Source: a virus | IMG/VR virus record: IMGVR_UViG_3300035696_000019 | Coordinates: 1-64,000 of that record | Length of the DNA stretch: 64,000 nucleotides | Reading direction: 5' to 3' (one strand) | In this document: positions 38,547 through 47,340 of the stretch, piece after piece | Layout of the letters: every line of letters begins with the position of its first letter | How positions within the stretch are numbered: the stretch's first letter is position 1 | The notes under the pieces: generated by a model | The model's input: the letters and a program-made list of their open reading frames with translations, nothing else | What the model was told of the DNA's origin: nothing | Databases searched by the model: none | Program-made: the position numbers and the translations under genes

Positions 38547-39196
38547 TTGAATTCCTTGAGGAGATGCACCAGTGCGTCGCCGGCGTTGGTCAGCGAGTCG
38601 TCCTCGGTGAAGCGTTGCGCCTTCATGGTTTGCGTAATCAGATCTTCCACCCAATCCGCATCCTCGACCGGCACCTTGAACTTCATCACGCGGTGCGTCT
38701 GCAATGTCTTTTCAGCAGCAGGGGGAGTGCTCGCGGCGAGTTCTTCGGCGGTCAGATCAAGATCGTCCAACGCTATGCTTGAGTTTGAGAACAGCGAAGT
38801 CAGGTCTTCTTCACTCATCGGCATGAACATCGCAAGTTCTTCGGGCGAACCCAGATCAAGCAGCAGATCGTTGAGTTTCAGCGGGTCATCTTCGCCATAG
38901 CGGTTGTTATCGACCAGGCTGATTTCCTTCGCGCGTCGGTCGCTGATCTTGCCGAGATTCACAATCGGCACTTCGGTCAGACCAATGCGCTTCGCGGAGA
39001 GCCAGCGATGTTCGCCGCCAATGATTTCGCGTTCGCCACTGGGTAACTCGCGCACCACGATCGGTTTGAACACGCCAAACTTGTGAATACTCTCGTCGAG
39101 TTTGGCTTCGTGATCCGGCGACATGACGTTCACGTTCCAGGGGTTTGGAGTCAATGAATCAATTGGCGCGGTTTGAAGGGAAAGCGTGTTTGGCAC
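38543..39196 (-). CDS. ParB/Srx N-terminal domain protein
   Basis: LTPNPWN...KPIVVR...IIGGEHRWLSA...DNNRYG. Confidence 0.88.
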   Translation of the reverse strand: MPNTLSLQTAPIDSLTPNPWNVNVMSPDHEAKLDESIHKFGVFKPIVVRELPSGEREIIGGEHRWLSAKRIGLTEVPIVNLGKISDRRAKEISLVDNNRYGEDDPLKLNDLLLDLGSPEELAMFMPMSEEDLTSLFSNSSIALDDLDLTAEELAASTPPAAEKTLQTHRVMKFKVPVEDADWVEDLITQTMKAQRFTEDDSLTNAGDALVHLLKEFK

Positions 39197-39218
39197 AACT
39201 ATTACCCGTTTGTTGGCT

Positions 39219-39234
39219 ATGTCACTAGTGACTT
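39219..39234. promoter_or_regulatory. operator in the divergent ParB/helicase intergenic region
   Basis: ATGTCACTAGTGACTT. Confidence 0.75.
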
Positions 39235-39271
39235 ATACTAACCCACGATCAAATTATTTGGCAAGAACACC

Positions 39272-40834
39272 ATGAGCAAAGAAATCATCACCATCGCCAG
39301 CAACGCCACATTGGGCAAGCTGCACAACTCCTCGCGCGAAGCAAAACTGGAGGCGCAGCGCATCCTGTCGTATGTGGTTGCCGGCGCCGAAATGAGCGAG
39401 TCGTTCAAGCGCGGCACCTGGGATGGTCGCAGTTCTTTCTTCGACTACCGCAGTGGCACGTTCCCGGCGGGCTTTGTGCATTTCCTGGCGCACGGTCTGC
39501 GTCGTGCCGGTTTCCAGACCAACTGTGTTGCGCGCCCCTTCCCCGAGCCAAAAGGTCAGAAGCGCGCCAAGGTCGATGCCTTCCCCGAAGACCCGCGTTA
39601 TGACTATCAACATCAGGTGGTAGAGAAACTACTGACGCACGGCAAGATCATCGCGCGCGTGGCAACAGGCGGCGGCAAATCAAGGATTGCCAAACTGGCC
39701 TTTGCCGCCATCCGTCGCCCGGCGCTGTTTCTCACCACGCGCTCCATTCTCATGTATCAGATGAAGGATGCGGTTGAGCGCGACATGGGCATCGAGGTCG
39801 CGGTGTTGGGCGATGGTCAGTTCGGCGTGGTCAAGACAGACGCCAATGGCGACGAACGTCGCTTCATCAAGATGTTCAACGTCGGCATGGTGCAGACGTT
39901 GGTATCGCGTCTGGCGCTCCCCTGCCCCGACGATTCGGTCGAAGTGCAGAATAAACAGATGGCAATTCGCAAGCAGACCATCGACCTACTTGGCAAGTTT
40001 GAACTGGTGATCGGCGAAGAGGCGCACGAAGCCTCCGGCAACAGCTATTACGAAATTCTGCAACATTGCACCAGCGCGCATTACCGCCTGGCTATGACCG
40101 CCACGCCATTCATGAAGGAGAACGAAGAGTCGAACATGCGCCTGATGGCCGCATTCGGCCCGATCGGCATCCATGTCAGCGAGCAGACGCTTATCGAGCG
40201 CGGCATTCTGGCAAAGCCCTATTTTAAGTATGTCGATCTAACCGAATGCCCGAAGCATCTGTCGCGCGGCACGGGTTGGCAGGCCGCTTACCGTCTCGGA
40301 ATCGTCACGCACGCACAGCGCAACCGCATCATTGTGGACGAAGTGAAGCGCGCCAGTCGCTACGGATTGTCGTCAATGGTATTGGTGCAGCAAACCAAAC
40401 ATGGCGATCTACTGCGCGACTTGATGACGGAAGCTGGTCTGCGCGTCGAGTTCATCCGTGGCGAAAATGATCAGAAAGGTCGCAAGGCGGCACTTGCGCG
40501 TCTGAGCAACGGCGAGATCGACGTGCTGATTGGCACCACAATTCTCGACGTGGGCGTGGATGTGCCGGCGGTGGGGTTGGTTATTCTGGCAGGCGGGGGC
40601 AAGGCAGAGATCGCTCTGCGTCAGCGGATTGGCCGGGGCTTGCGCGCCAAGAAGAATGGCCCGAACATGTGCTTCATTCTCGACTTCAGCGACGCTCAGA
40701 ACAGCTACCTGAAAGATCATGCCACGCAACGTCTGAATGTGGTGCGCAGCACGCCGGGGTTTGTCGAAGGGGTGTTGAGCGGCGCCGACTTTGATTATGA
40801 GGGACTTGGTTTCGAGAAATTGACTTCAAAATAA
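39272..40834 (+). CDS. superfamily 2 helicase
   Basis: ATGGGKS, GEEAH (DExH variant), TATP, DVGVDVP, QRIGRGLR. Confidence 0.93.
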   Translation: MSKEIITIASNATLGKLHNSSREAKLEAQRILSYVVAGAEMSESFKRGTWDGRSSFFDYRSGTFPAGFVHFLAHGLRRAGFQTNCVARPFPEPKGQKRAKVDAFPEDPRYDYQHQVVEKLLTHGKIIARVATGGGKSRIAKLAFAAIRRPALFLTTRSILMYQMKDAVERDMGIEVAVLGDGQFGVVKTDANGDERRFIKMFNVGMVQTLVSRLALPCPDDSVEVQNKQMAIRKQTIDLLGKFELVIGEEAHEASGNSYYEILQHCTSAHYRLAMTATPFMKENEESNMRLMAAFGPIGIHVSEQTLIERGILAKPYFKYVDLTECPKHLSRGTGWQAAYRLGIVTHAQRNRIIVDEVKRASRYGLSSMVLVQQTKHGDLLRDLMTEAGLRVEFIRGENDQKGRKAALARLSNGEIDVLIGTTILDVGVDVPAVGLVILAGGGKAEIALRQRIGRGLRAKKNGPNMCFILDFSDAQNSYLKDHATQRLNVVRSTPGFVEGVLSGADFDYEGLGFEKLTSK

Positions 40835-40879
40835 ATGCAGACTAATATTAAGCTATGAATAAATTTTGTGGAGATAAAC

Positions 40880-41149
40880 ATGGCAGGTAGACATTCTGTG
40901 GCGGCGTCTTCTGAAGTGTTGGAAATGCTCAAGGTATTGTGCGACCGCTACAACGTCAGCCAAATAGACGTGTTTGACGGGGTGTTCGACCAGATGGACG
41001 AGACGAAGCTGGAAGAGTTTTTGCAGCAACGTCGCTTGGCGAAGTCCGAACTGAAACAGCGATACCACGCGGTCAAACGTCAACTCAACAATCTCTCGCC
41101 CGAAGAGTTGGAGCGCACGCTGACTTTGCTGCAAGAGAAGCAGGCGTGA
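40880..41149 (+). CDS. small putative DNA-binding protein
   Basis: GGAG RBS before ATG 40880; RHH-like N-terminus. Confidence 0.6.
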   Translation: MAGRHSVAASSEVLEMLKVLCDRYNVSQIDVFDGVFDQMDETKLEEFLQQRRLAKSELKQRYHAVKRQLNNLSPEELERTLTLLQEKQA

Positions 41150-41403
41150 CACGCAGTCAGTTCGACGACTGGATTCGTTCGGTCGATGCGAATGCGGTGT
41201 CAGCCTGGGCGAAGTCGTTACAAGGCGAGGACGCTACCTACCGTTCGTTCCTCGCCTTTGTTTCGACACGGCTGGAGTATCCCGCCGGGTCGCCCGACGC
41301 CGAGTCAGATGACGAGGCGGAATGGATGACCCGCTTGAAGAACTGGTGGGAGACGGGCCGACCTGATCTGGATGCGCCAGCGACGGAAGCTGACGCCTGG
41401 TAG
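41146..41403 (+). CDS. hypothetical acidic protein
   Basis: Overlaps the upstream stop (GTGA). Confidence 0.55.
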   Translation: MTRSQFDDWIRSVDANAVSAWAKSLQGEDATYRSFLAFVSTRLEYPAGSPDAESDDEAEWMTRLKNWWETGRPDLDAPATEADAW

Positions 41404-41493
41404 TTCGAGGAGTAGTTGAGCAAATAAGCGATTACTCGTATTCTTTTCTCAATTCATCAGCCGGGCGAGTGACGGCCTGACAGGTCAGACGAC

Positions 41494-41526
41494 AAACGGG
41501 AGCCTTCGGGTTCCCGTTTTTGTTTT
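41494..41526 (+). terminator. rho-independent terminator of the helicase operon
   Basis: AAACGGGAGCC-ttcg-GGTTCCCGTTTTTGTTTT. Confidence 0.85.
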
Positions 41527-41549
41527 GAGGCTTGGAGCCTTGGGCTTCA

Positions 41550-41660
41550 GGGCTGAAAGGGTGATGTTTTGAGGATTTGGCTCCGGGGTGAAAGGGTGAT
41601 GTCTGGAAGGTCGAAGACAGTGGAGGGTGGGCCTCCTCTACATAAAAATTTTTCTAAGAC
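41550..41660. other. probable genome terminus / packaging initiation region
   Basis: Abrupt compositional switch at ~41640, convergent transcription, AAAAATTTTT tract and a TGAAAGGGTGATGT direct repeat. Inference. Confidence 0.4.
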
Positions 41661-41753
41661 ATGAGCTATTCAGCACGCACGCGCTACGGATACAAAAAAT
41701 CGACCACACATATATGCGCGGTCGATTAGTTTATATTCGCTCGCGATTATTAT

Positions 41754-42284
41754 TTATTCTATCGTGTAGATATATTCTATCGTCGGATATATCGACGTTT
41801 TATCATCGATGCATTGCATGATATCGTTCATGCATTGTGTAGTTATTATTCCGTCCTTATTCAGATTCTCTAAAGCGTCAAAAGCATAAGAGATATTCCG
41901 CTGTTTTTGATTGATCAAAGCAGTCATTTTTCGCGCTGTCGATTCTACGATCGACTGATACACAAGCGCGTAAAAGATAACCAGCGTCCTTTCACACACA
42001 GTCGCGTCATACGCGCGTTTCTTGCTCGCGAGCATATCAAGGTATTCCGATGCATACGCGCGCGCACCAGTCAGTGTTTCTGTAGTCGCTACGCGGTCGG
42101 AGATGTAACCGCTCGACTTTACTTTGACGTAGTAGCGTGACTCCTGCTCACTCCAAAAGATCCACGCTATATCATGCGCACTGGATACATGCGCGACGAT
42201 AGAATCAGACTTTGCGGTAAAGAAAATTTTGCGCGCTGCATTAGCAATCATTGCGAGACGTTGCGCTTTAGTCATGGTGCTCAT
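41754..42284 (-). CDS. early hypothetical protein
   Basis: 176-aa ORF with AAAGGA RBS; poor in Gly and Pro. Confidence 0.7.
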   Translation of the reverse strand: MSTMTKAQRLAMIANAARKIFFTAKSDSIVAHVSSAHDIAWIFWSEQESRYYVKVKSSGYISDRVATTETLTGARAYASEYLDMLASKKRAYDATVCERTLVIFYALVYQSIVESTARKMTALINQKQRNISYAFDALENLNKDGIITTQCMNDIMQCIDDKTSIYPTIEYIYTIE

Positions 42285-42308
42285 TTTAATATCCTTTCAG
42301 AATTAAAA

Positions 42309-42342
42309 ATTAGTGACTGAATAATATTATTCAGTCACTAAT
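42309..42342. repeat. perfect 34-bp palindrome
   Basis: ATTAGTGACTGAATAAT|ATTATTCAGTCACTAAT. Confidence 0.95.
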
Positions 42343-42348
42343 GAGTTA

Positions 42349-43131
42349 TTATTTAGATTGGAATAGTCGCGCTACTTCACGCGCGATGTCGGAGTCCAGC
42401 AAAGTGATACTGTCTTTTGCTGCACCTTTTTTGATGCTCGCAACACCGATAAAGGACAGCATCATGCGCGTGCTACTGCACTGAGTCGATGCTGTCGACT
42501 CGCTGCAGTTGTGCAGTCGCTTTATATCCAGCGTCTGATCCATCGCATCGTATGTGATGCTGCTGCAAATCGTCATGCGCGCGCTTTTATTATCGACATA
42601 GTTCAAACGAATCAGATTCGATATGATAGAGCGCGAATAACCATCAAAACCGGATTTAATACCACTCGCGATAGCAAAAATCGCTTTGCGGATTTTTTGC
42701 ACTGCGTAAATTGCAACAAAATCCGCGCTGGACTTGTCTGTGATGCTGATTTTTTGCGCAAGCGCAAGCAGGTCGACATCCAGATCAAGCATCTTCTTAA
42801 TCGCGAGCTTTGCAGCGCTTTTTTCAAAAGCTTTACGCTCTGTAATAAAGCTGTGCGTCTGATTCGCGCACGGTGCGTGATCCGCGCGAGCTTGAAGCGA
42901 CTCTATAAGAGCGGAATAAATCATGTCGATTTTGTTTTCGTTCTTTTTTGCTGCGAGTGTCGCAGCGCGCTTTGCTGCGATTTCCGCTTTTTGCGTATCG
43001 GTCAAAGCTACTTTTTTAGCAGTAGTCTTTTTGACGCTTTTCTTTTCAGCAGTAGCGGAAACAACCGCATCGATAACGGTATCAACTGCTGTATCCACTG
43101 CTGTATCCACTGCTACGGTTTGCTTTTCCAT
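42349..43131 (-). CDS. early hypothetical protein (Lys/Ala-rich N-terminus)
   Basis: GGAG RBS before MEKQTV; upstream TTGTAG..TGTATAGT promoter at ~43203-43231. Confidence 0.75.
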   Translation of the reverse strand: MEKQTVAVDTAVDTAVDTVIDAVVSATAEKKSVKKTTAKKVALTDTQKAEIAAKRAATLAAKKNENKIDMIYSALIESLQARADHAPCANQTHSFITERKAFEKSAAKLAIKKMLDLDVDLLALAQKISITDKSSADFVAIYAVQKIRKAIFAIASGIKSGFDGYSRSIISNLIRLNYVDNKSARMTICSSITYDAMDQTLDIKRLHNCSESTASTQCSSTRMMLSFIGVASIKKGAAKDSITLLDSDIAREVARLFQSK

Positions 43132-43489
43132 GATGCATATCTCCAGATAACGCGCAAAGGTGCGCACATCGATGCAGCGCGTTAGTGCGCTGTCGATGTA
43201 GTCACTATACACGCTTACTTTTCATCTACAAAAAATATGTAGCTGAAAACTTGACCTAGATCAATTTACAGAATGAGTTACAAATAACGCGCGGATTAAC
43301 AACAAACGAACTGGATACCTGAGCGAATTACTCGGAATCGCAGAGCAAAGTTGATTTATGTCAAACAAACGAACGGTGTCGGAGTGAAAACGCGGTCTAG
43401 CTACTTGACAACCGCTAAAAGCAGCTCAAAAACGCTGTTTTTCTTGATATAAGTCAACAAAATCGACCGGTTTGACCAATTTTTAAGCA

Positions 43490-43825
43490 GCCCTGGACGG
43501 TTGCGAGACGCAATGAAGCGGTTCCGACACTTTCCCTAGGGTTTCCGACGGTTTTCGGTATTTCTCCTACCCCTAGGGCACCTTCCCTAGCCCTTACCAG
43601 TCCTCGGGTGGCACCTAACCAGTCCTCGGGCGGCCCCTAGGCAACCACCCCAAGGCACAAAGGGAATCCCCAAGGCTCCAGGCATCAAGCCCGAGGTGTC
43701 ACCAGGCGTCGGGCGGCTCCTCACCAGGCAGGCAATGGCAACGCCTAGGCGTCAGGCAATAAAAAACCCTAGGTGTATCCTCGGGCGTGAGAAAGTGAAA
43801 GTCCCGAGAGTTGCCCGAGGAGATA
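43490..43825. repeat. CCTNGG-dense non-coding spacer
   Basis: About a dozen CCTAGG, CCTCGG/CCGAGG and CCAAGG sites in ~330 bp. Confidence 0.85.
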
Positions 43826-43860
43826 AATCCATAAACCGCACGGTGGCGGTTTCTGCTGCT

Positions 43861-44157
43861 TTAGAATTCATCCAAAGCATTTGCAATTAGCGTTTTGAAC
43901 ATAACGCGCGCTTGTCTGTAGTCGCGATTATTGAAAACGAACGCGGTGCGGAATGCGTCCTTTTCCATCAGCGCGCTATTTGCGTGAGAGATATTAGAAC
44001 AACCTTTTGCGTCAAAAATTGCAACAATGTGCGTGTATTCGTCCACGGTAGAAAAATCAAAGTGCTGACCAGCGATAACCGCGAACCGGTTACCCATGAT
44101 GGATTTAGCGGATTCCATCATCGCGGAATATTGCTCAAACGTCGTTATAACTCGCAT
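43861..44157 (-). CDS. early hypothetical protein
   Basis: Own promoter (44193-44221), AAAGG RBS and a downstream hairpin (~43833-43852). Confidence 0.75.
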   Translation of the reverse strand: MRVITTFEQYSAMMESAKSIMGNRFAVIAGQHFDFSTVDEYTHIVAIFDAKGCSNISHANSALMEKDAFRTAFVFNNRDYRQARVMFKTLIANALDEF

Positions 44158-44192
44158 GGTGCAGACCTTTCGTGTTTGGTTTCGATGAAATA

Positions 44193-44221
44193 ATTATCGC
44201 AACCGGATATTGGCACTTCAA
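44193..44221 (-). promoter_or_regulatory. sigma70-type early promoter
   Basis: TTGAAG-17 bp-GATAAT. Confidence 0.75.
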
Positions 44222-44426
44222 GAGAGTTAAACACGATTGGTTTGGGCGTTTTAAACCGTAGGTGTGGCCTAGCGATCCATAAGCACCGCCTAGGTGTTGT
44301 GGCCTAGGCATGGTCAGGCAGAGGATTGGCCTAGCGATCAATAGGCAGTGCCGAGGAATTGAGTGAGATTAATACCTAGGTGTTGTGGCCTGGAGATGGA
44401 TGGGCAGTGCCTAGGAGGATGCGAAG

Positions 44427-44523
44427 TAAACCGCACATAGGCGGTTTATCTGGCTACTCCAGATCACGCTCAGCAAGTCGTGCGCCCTCCAAATCATCCA
44501 CACCAAACACGGTGCGCGGTTCG
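44427..44523 (-). ncRNA. candidate small RNA or micropeptide transcript
   Basis: Promoter at 44530-44558 and hairpin at 44427-44448 with no convincing ORF between them. Confidence 0.35.
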
Positions 44524-44529
44524 CACATA

Positions 44530-44558
44530 ATTATCACAACCGGATATTGACGTTACAA
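44530..44558 (-). promoter_or_regulatory. sigma70-type early promoter
   Basis: TTGTAA-17 bp-GATAAT; spacer nearly identical to the 44193 promoter. Confidence 0.7.
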
Positions 44559-44653
44559 GCAATCAGCGTTGGGAGATTTGAACGAATTTTCGCTCGCCCG
44601 AGGAGAACCCGAGGAAGAATTAAAACAACCACTCATAGGAGTGGTCTGGTTGA

Positions 44654-45088
44654 TTACCATGGGAGAATGCAGTTTTCACCGTCGTCATCATCGAACTGGA
44701 TTTCATCCAGATCAGCGAAATAAACCGCGCGACCAAATTTTTCATGCATATGCAAGCGGTCATCATCAAAGCACAATTGCTCTACCGAGAGAATGATTGC
44801 ATCGTGTTGAATGTATTCCGCGCTGTAGTGCTTGCTTAAACACTCATTCAATTCCGCGTAGTCGGAACCCAACGCGAATTGTTCTTCAATCAGTTCTCCA
44901 GTCACGATGTTAATCGTGCGGTAAAACATGACATCGTTGAAGTAATCCGTTTCACCGTCGTCATTAGTCATGCTGACCACGCTGACCACGTATGACGCGC
45001 TGCGATTTCCAGCGTTGACGTAGCAACACTCAAACAGCGGTATAGATTTAAACTGACTGCTTGCACGGTCGATAGCGTTTTGTTCCAT
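44654..45088 (-). CDS. acidic early protein
   Basis: MEQNAIDR..., strongly Asp/Glu-rich; promoter at 45130-45158 and hairpin at ~44628-44645. Confidence 0.75.
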   Translation of the reverse strand: MEQNAIDRASSQFKSIPLFECCYVNAGNRSASYVVSVVSMTNDDGETDYFNDVMFYRTINIVTGELIEEQFALGSDYAELNECLSKHYSAEYIQHDAIILSVEQLCFDDDRLHMHEKFGRAVYFADLDEIQFDDDDGENCILPW

Positions 45089-45129
45089 GATGTTACCTTT
45101 CATTCGGTAGCGAGTTATCAGACGCATTT

Positions 45130-45158
45130 AGTATCCATGACCGGTATTGGCACTTCAA
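45130..45158 (-). promoter_or_regulatory. sigma70-type early promoter
   Basis: TTGAAG-17 bp-GATACT. Confidence 0.7.
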
Positions 45159-45529
45159 GCGATCTACTTGGGAGCTTTCTACTCAGGGAGCACCCATCGT
45201 CCGGTAGGATACCGTTTCCTCGGGCGCTGACGCCCCTAGGAGACGCCCAAACACTCTAGAGCTACCCAACCCTTCCCCTGCTAGCGAAAACGCCTAGGAA
45301 GCGCTCTGTGTGCCCGAGAACATTTCACCTATCCCTACGTCGCCTAGGTGTCGGTAGGCAACGCCAACACCCAACCAGGGATGCGCCGCACTCAACCAGA
45401 CCTCGGGCGGCTCCTATCCAGGCTTCGGGCGGCAGAGAAAACGCCTTGGGGTCAGAGTGTGTTGAAACGCCCGACGGTGCGCTGCGTCGGGTGAGGTGAG
45501 TGACCGCGCGATGACGCGGTCAAGATCGA

Positions 45530-45811
45530 TCAGTATTCGATTTCCAGCGTATCGGACATTTCCTCACCGTAACCAAAATAATTGTCCGTTTGATCGCGCA
45601 CCGTCGCGAGCAGCGCACTTGCTGCGTAAAGATCAACGGTGGTCATGGTGACTTTGATGTTGCGCTCGTTTTCACCATCGGTCTGAAAATCCAGGCGGAT
45701 GTCCGCGACCACACCGTCGTTATCGCGGATCAGTTGGGCACAAACATAGTTGTCGTAGTCCGGGTTAAATTCCGTGATCTTCACGGTTCCTTTGCGGGGG
45801 ATATGTGTCAT
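45530..45811 (-). CDS. acidic early protein
   Basis: GGAG RBS; promoter at 45846-45874 and hairpin at ~45501-45522. Confidence 0.75.
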   Translation of the reverse strand: MTHIPRKGTVKITEFNPDYDNYVCAQLIRDNDGVVADIRLDFQTDGENERNIKVTMTTVDLYAASALLATVRDQTDNYFGYGEEMSDTLEIEY

Positions 45812-46164
45812 GGTGGTTTACTCCGTGGTGGGTTTCGATACTCACAGTATCGCGCAGCGGAATAGGCTTAGAAAGCGAAAAACAGGCTGTTTGCGCAATT
45901 TTTCACTCATGCGCCCGCGAGGTGATGGGTTGAATATTGCTCGCAAAGTGCATTTATTGGCATTTTCCACCGCGCTCAACTGTGACACTCGGCAGGGTGT
46001 CACATAGAGGAGAAATGCACCCCTCGGGTGTCAATCGTGGTCTGAGATGGGTCAGGCAGCGCCTCGGGCTGGCCTGGAGTGGAATAGGTAGTGAGTGCGC
46101 TATGGCGTGGCCTAGGTGCAGAGAGGCAGCAGAACAACCGGACTGATGACCGGTCGGGTGTTGG

Positions 46165-46359
46165 TTACGGCATACAGGGATCAACCCTGGCATCGGAAAC
46201 CCAACCGAGTTGCATGGCGTGTTGCTCGGACTTTGGCAGTGCGTCGAACTGGGCGCGCGTCATGTCATTGCATTCGATGATGGCTTCGATCAGGTCGTCG
46301 TCGCCCAGACGACGGTTGAACTCGGCGTCGATCACATCTCCGTCACGGTAGGTTTCCAT
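46165..46359 (-). CDS. small acidic early protein
   Basis: GGAG RBS; promoter at 46392-46420. Confidence 0.7.
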   Translation of the reverse strand: METYRDGDVIDAEFNRRLGDDDLIEAIIECNDMTRAQFDALPKSEQHAMQLGWVSDARVDPCMP

Positions 46360-47280
46360 GATTTTATGCTCCGGTCGGTTGGTATGAGCACAGCATGACC
46401 ACGCAGTATTGGCATGAAAACACGTTTTAGAGGGATTTCGCGCAATCTTTCATTGTCGTTTTCGAGGGTGTAGGGGCATAAAATGCTAAAACGGCGGATT
46501 TTGAGCGGCAAGGGTGTCCCATGCCGAGGGGTTCGGCTGATGGCAGGGTTTCCCGATTCCGTGGTATCTCTGTGGCCGAGGGCTTTCGACTCCCGCCAGT
46601 AGACGGTAGGCACCAGGTGAGCGCCGCAGGCGCGAGCCGGTGCCGTTCTACTCCCGAGGATATCACCAGGCCGAGGGCTTTCCCTCTCCGCTACCTAGGA
46701 TCAGTCCTACCACTCCCTAGGGGTCAATCCCTCTGCCAACCATGCGCCTTCGGCGCCAACTGGCACTGGGAACACCCTTTCCAGTCTATAGTTGGCAGGG
46801 AATTTTTATACCGTGGATGAATTTTTCCCTCGCGCGCGCGCATTTAGAAAAAACCGACGAAGCGAGAGGAGGAGCCGGATGACGACGAGCGAAGCGAGGA
46901 GGAAGAAGGCTCCGTAGCGAAGCGAAGGAGGTTTTTTCCAGAGAGGAAGTAAATCAAGAGAGTCGAAACTCAGAAACAAGCCCCCCTCCCCCAAACGCTC
47001 TATGAAACTGAGCACCAGTAACGACTTGCTTGTCACTAGCGGGAGAGGGAAACCGTTTCAAGGCGTTGAGCTTAGTCGTGTCGATGGCGAAACAACAGAG
47101 CGAACCCAGAAACAAGCCCCCAGAAGAAAGAGTAAAGCGAGAGAACAAATCGCTCAACATCCCGAGACGGATAGTAAGTCACGGGTGATTTATCTGTCAA
47201 GTGGAGTAGGTGAGACCAATGCAGGTCGGTGAGAGGGGTAGATGGCGACAATGAGTGGAATACCGCCGCCCGCCAGTCAC

Positions 47281-47340
47281 CCCACTGTTGACCCACTGTT
47301 GACCCACTGTTGACCCACTGTTGACCCACTGTTGACCCAC
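47281..47340 (+). repeat. 11-bp tandem repeat (CCCACTGTTGA) x5 plus partial copy
   Basis: Seen directly; an extra copy lies at ~47403. Confidence 0.95.

Noticed and set aside
42309-42342. Hairpin telomere (telRL) call
   Set aside because: No protelomerase in the window and no extended flanking symmetry; kept only as an unexplained palindrome.
43490-46790. Integron cassette array or CRISPR-like repeats
   Set aside because: Spacers share only 6-bp motifs. I saw no attC-like structure or integrase, and the cassettes carry their own promoters.
47281-47340. Possible CRISPR array
   Set aside because: The 11-bp units are contiguous with no spacers, and no cas genes are present.
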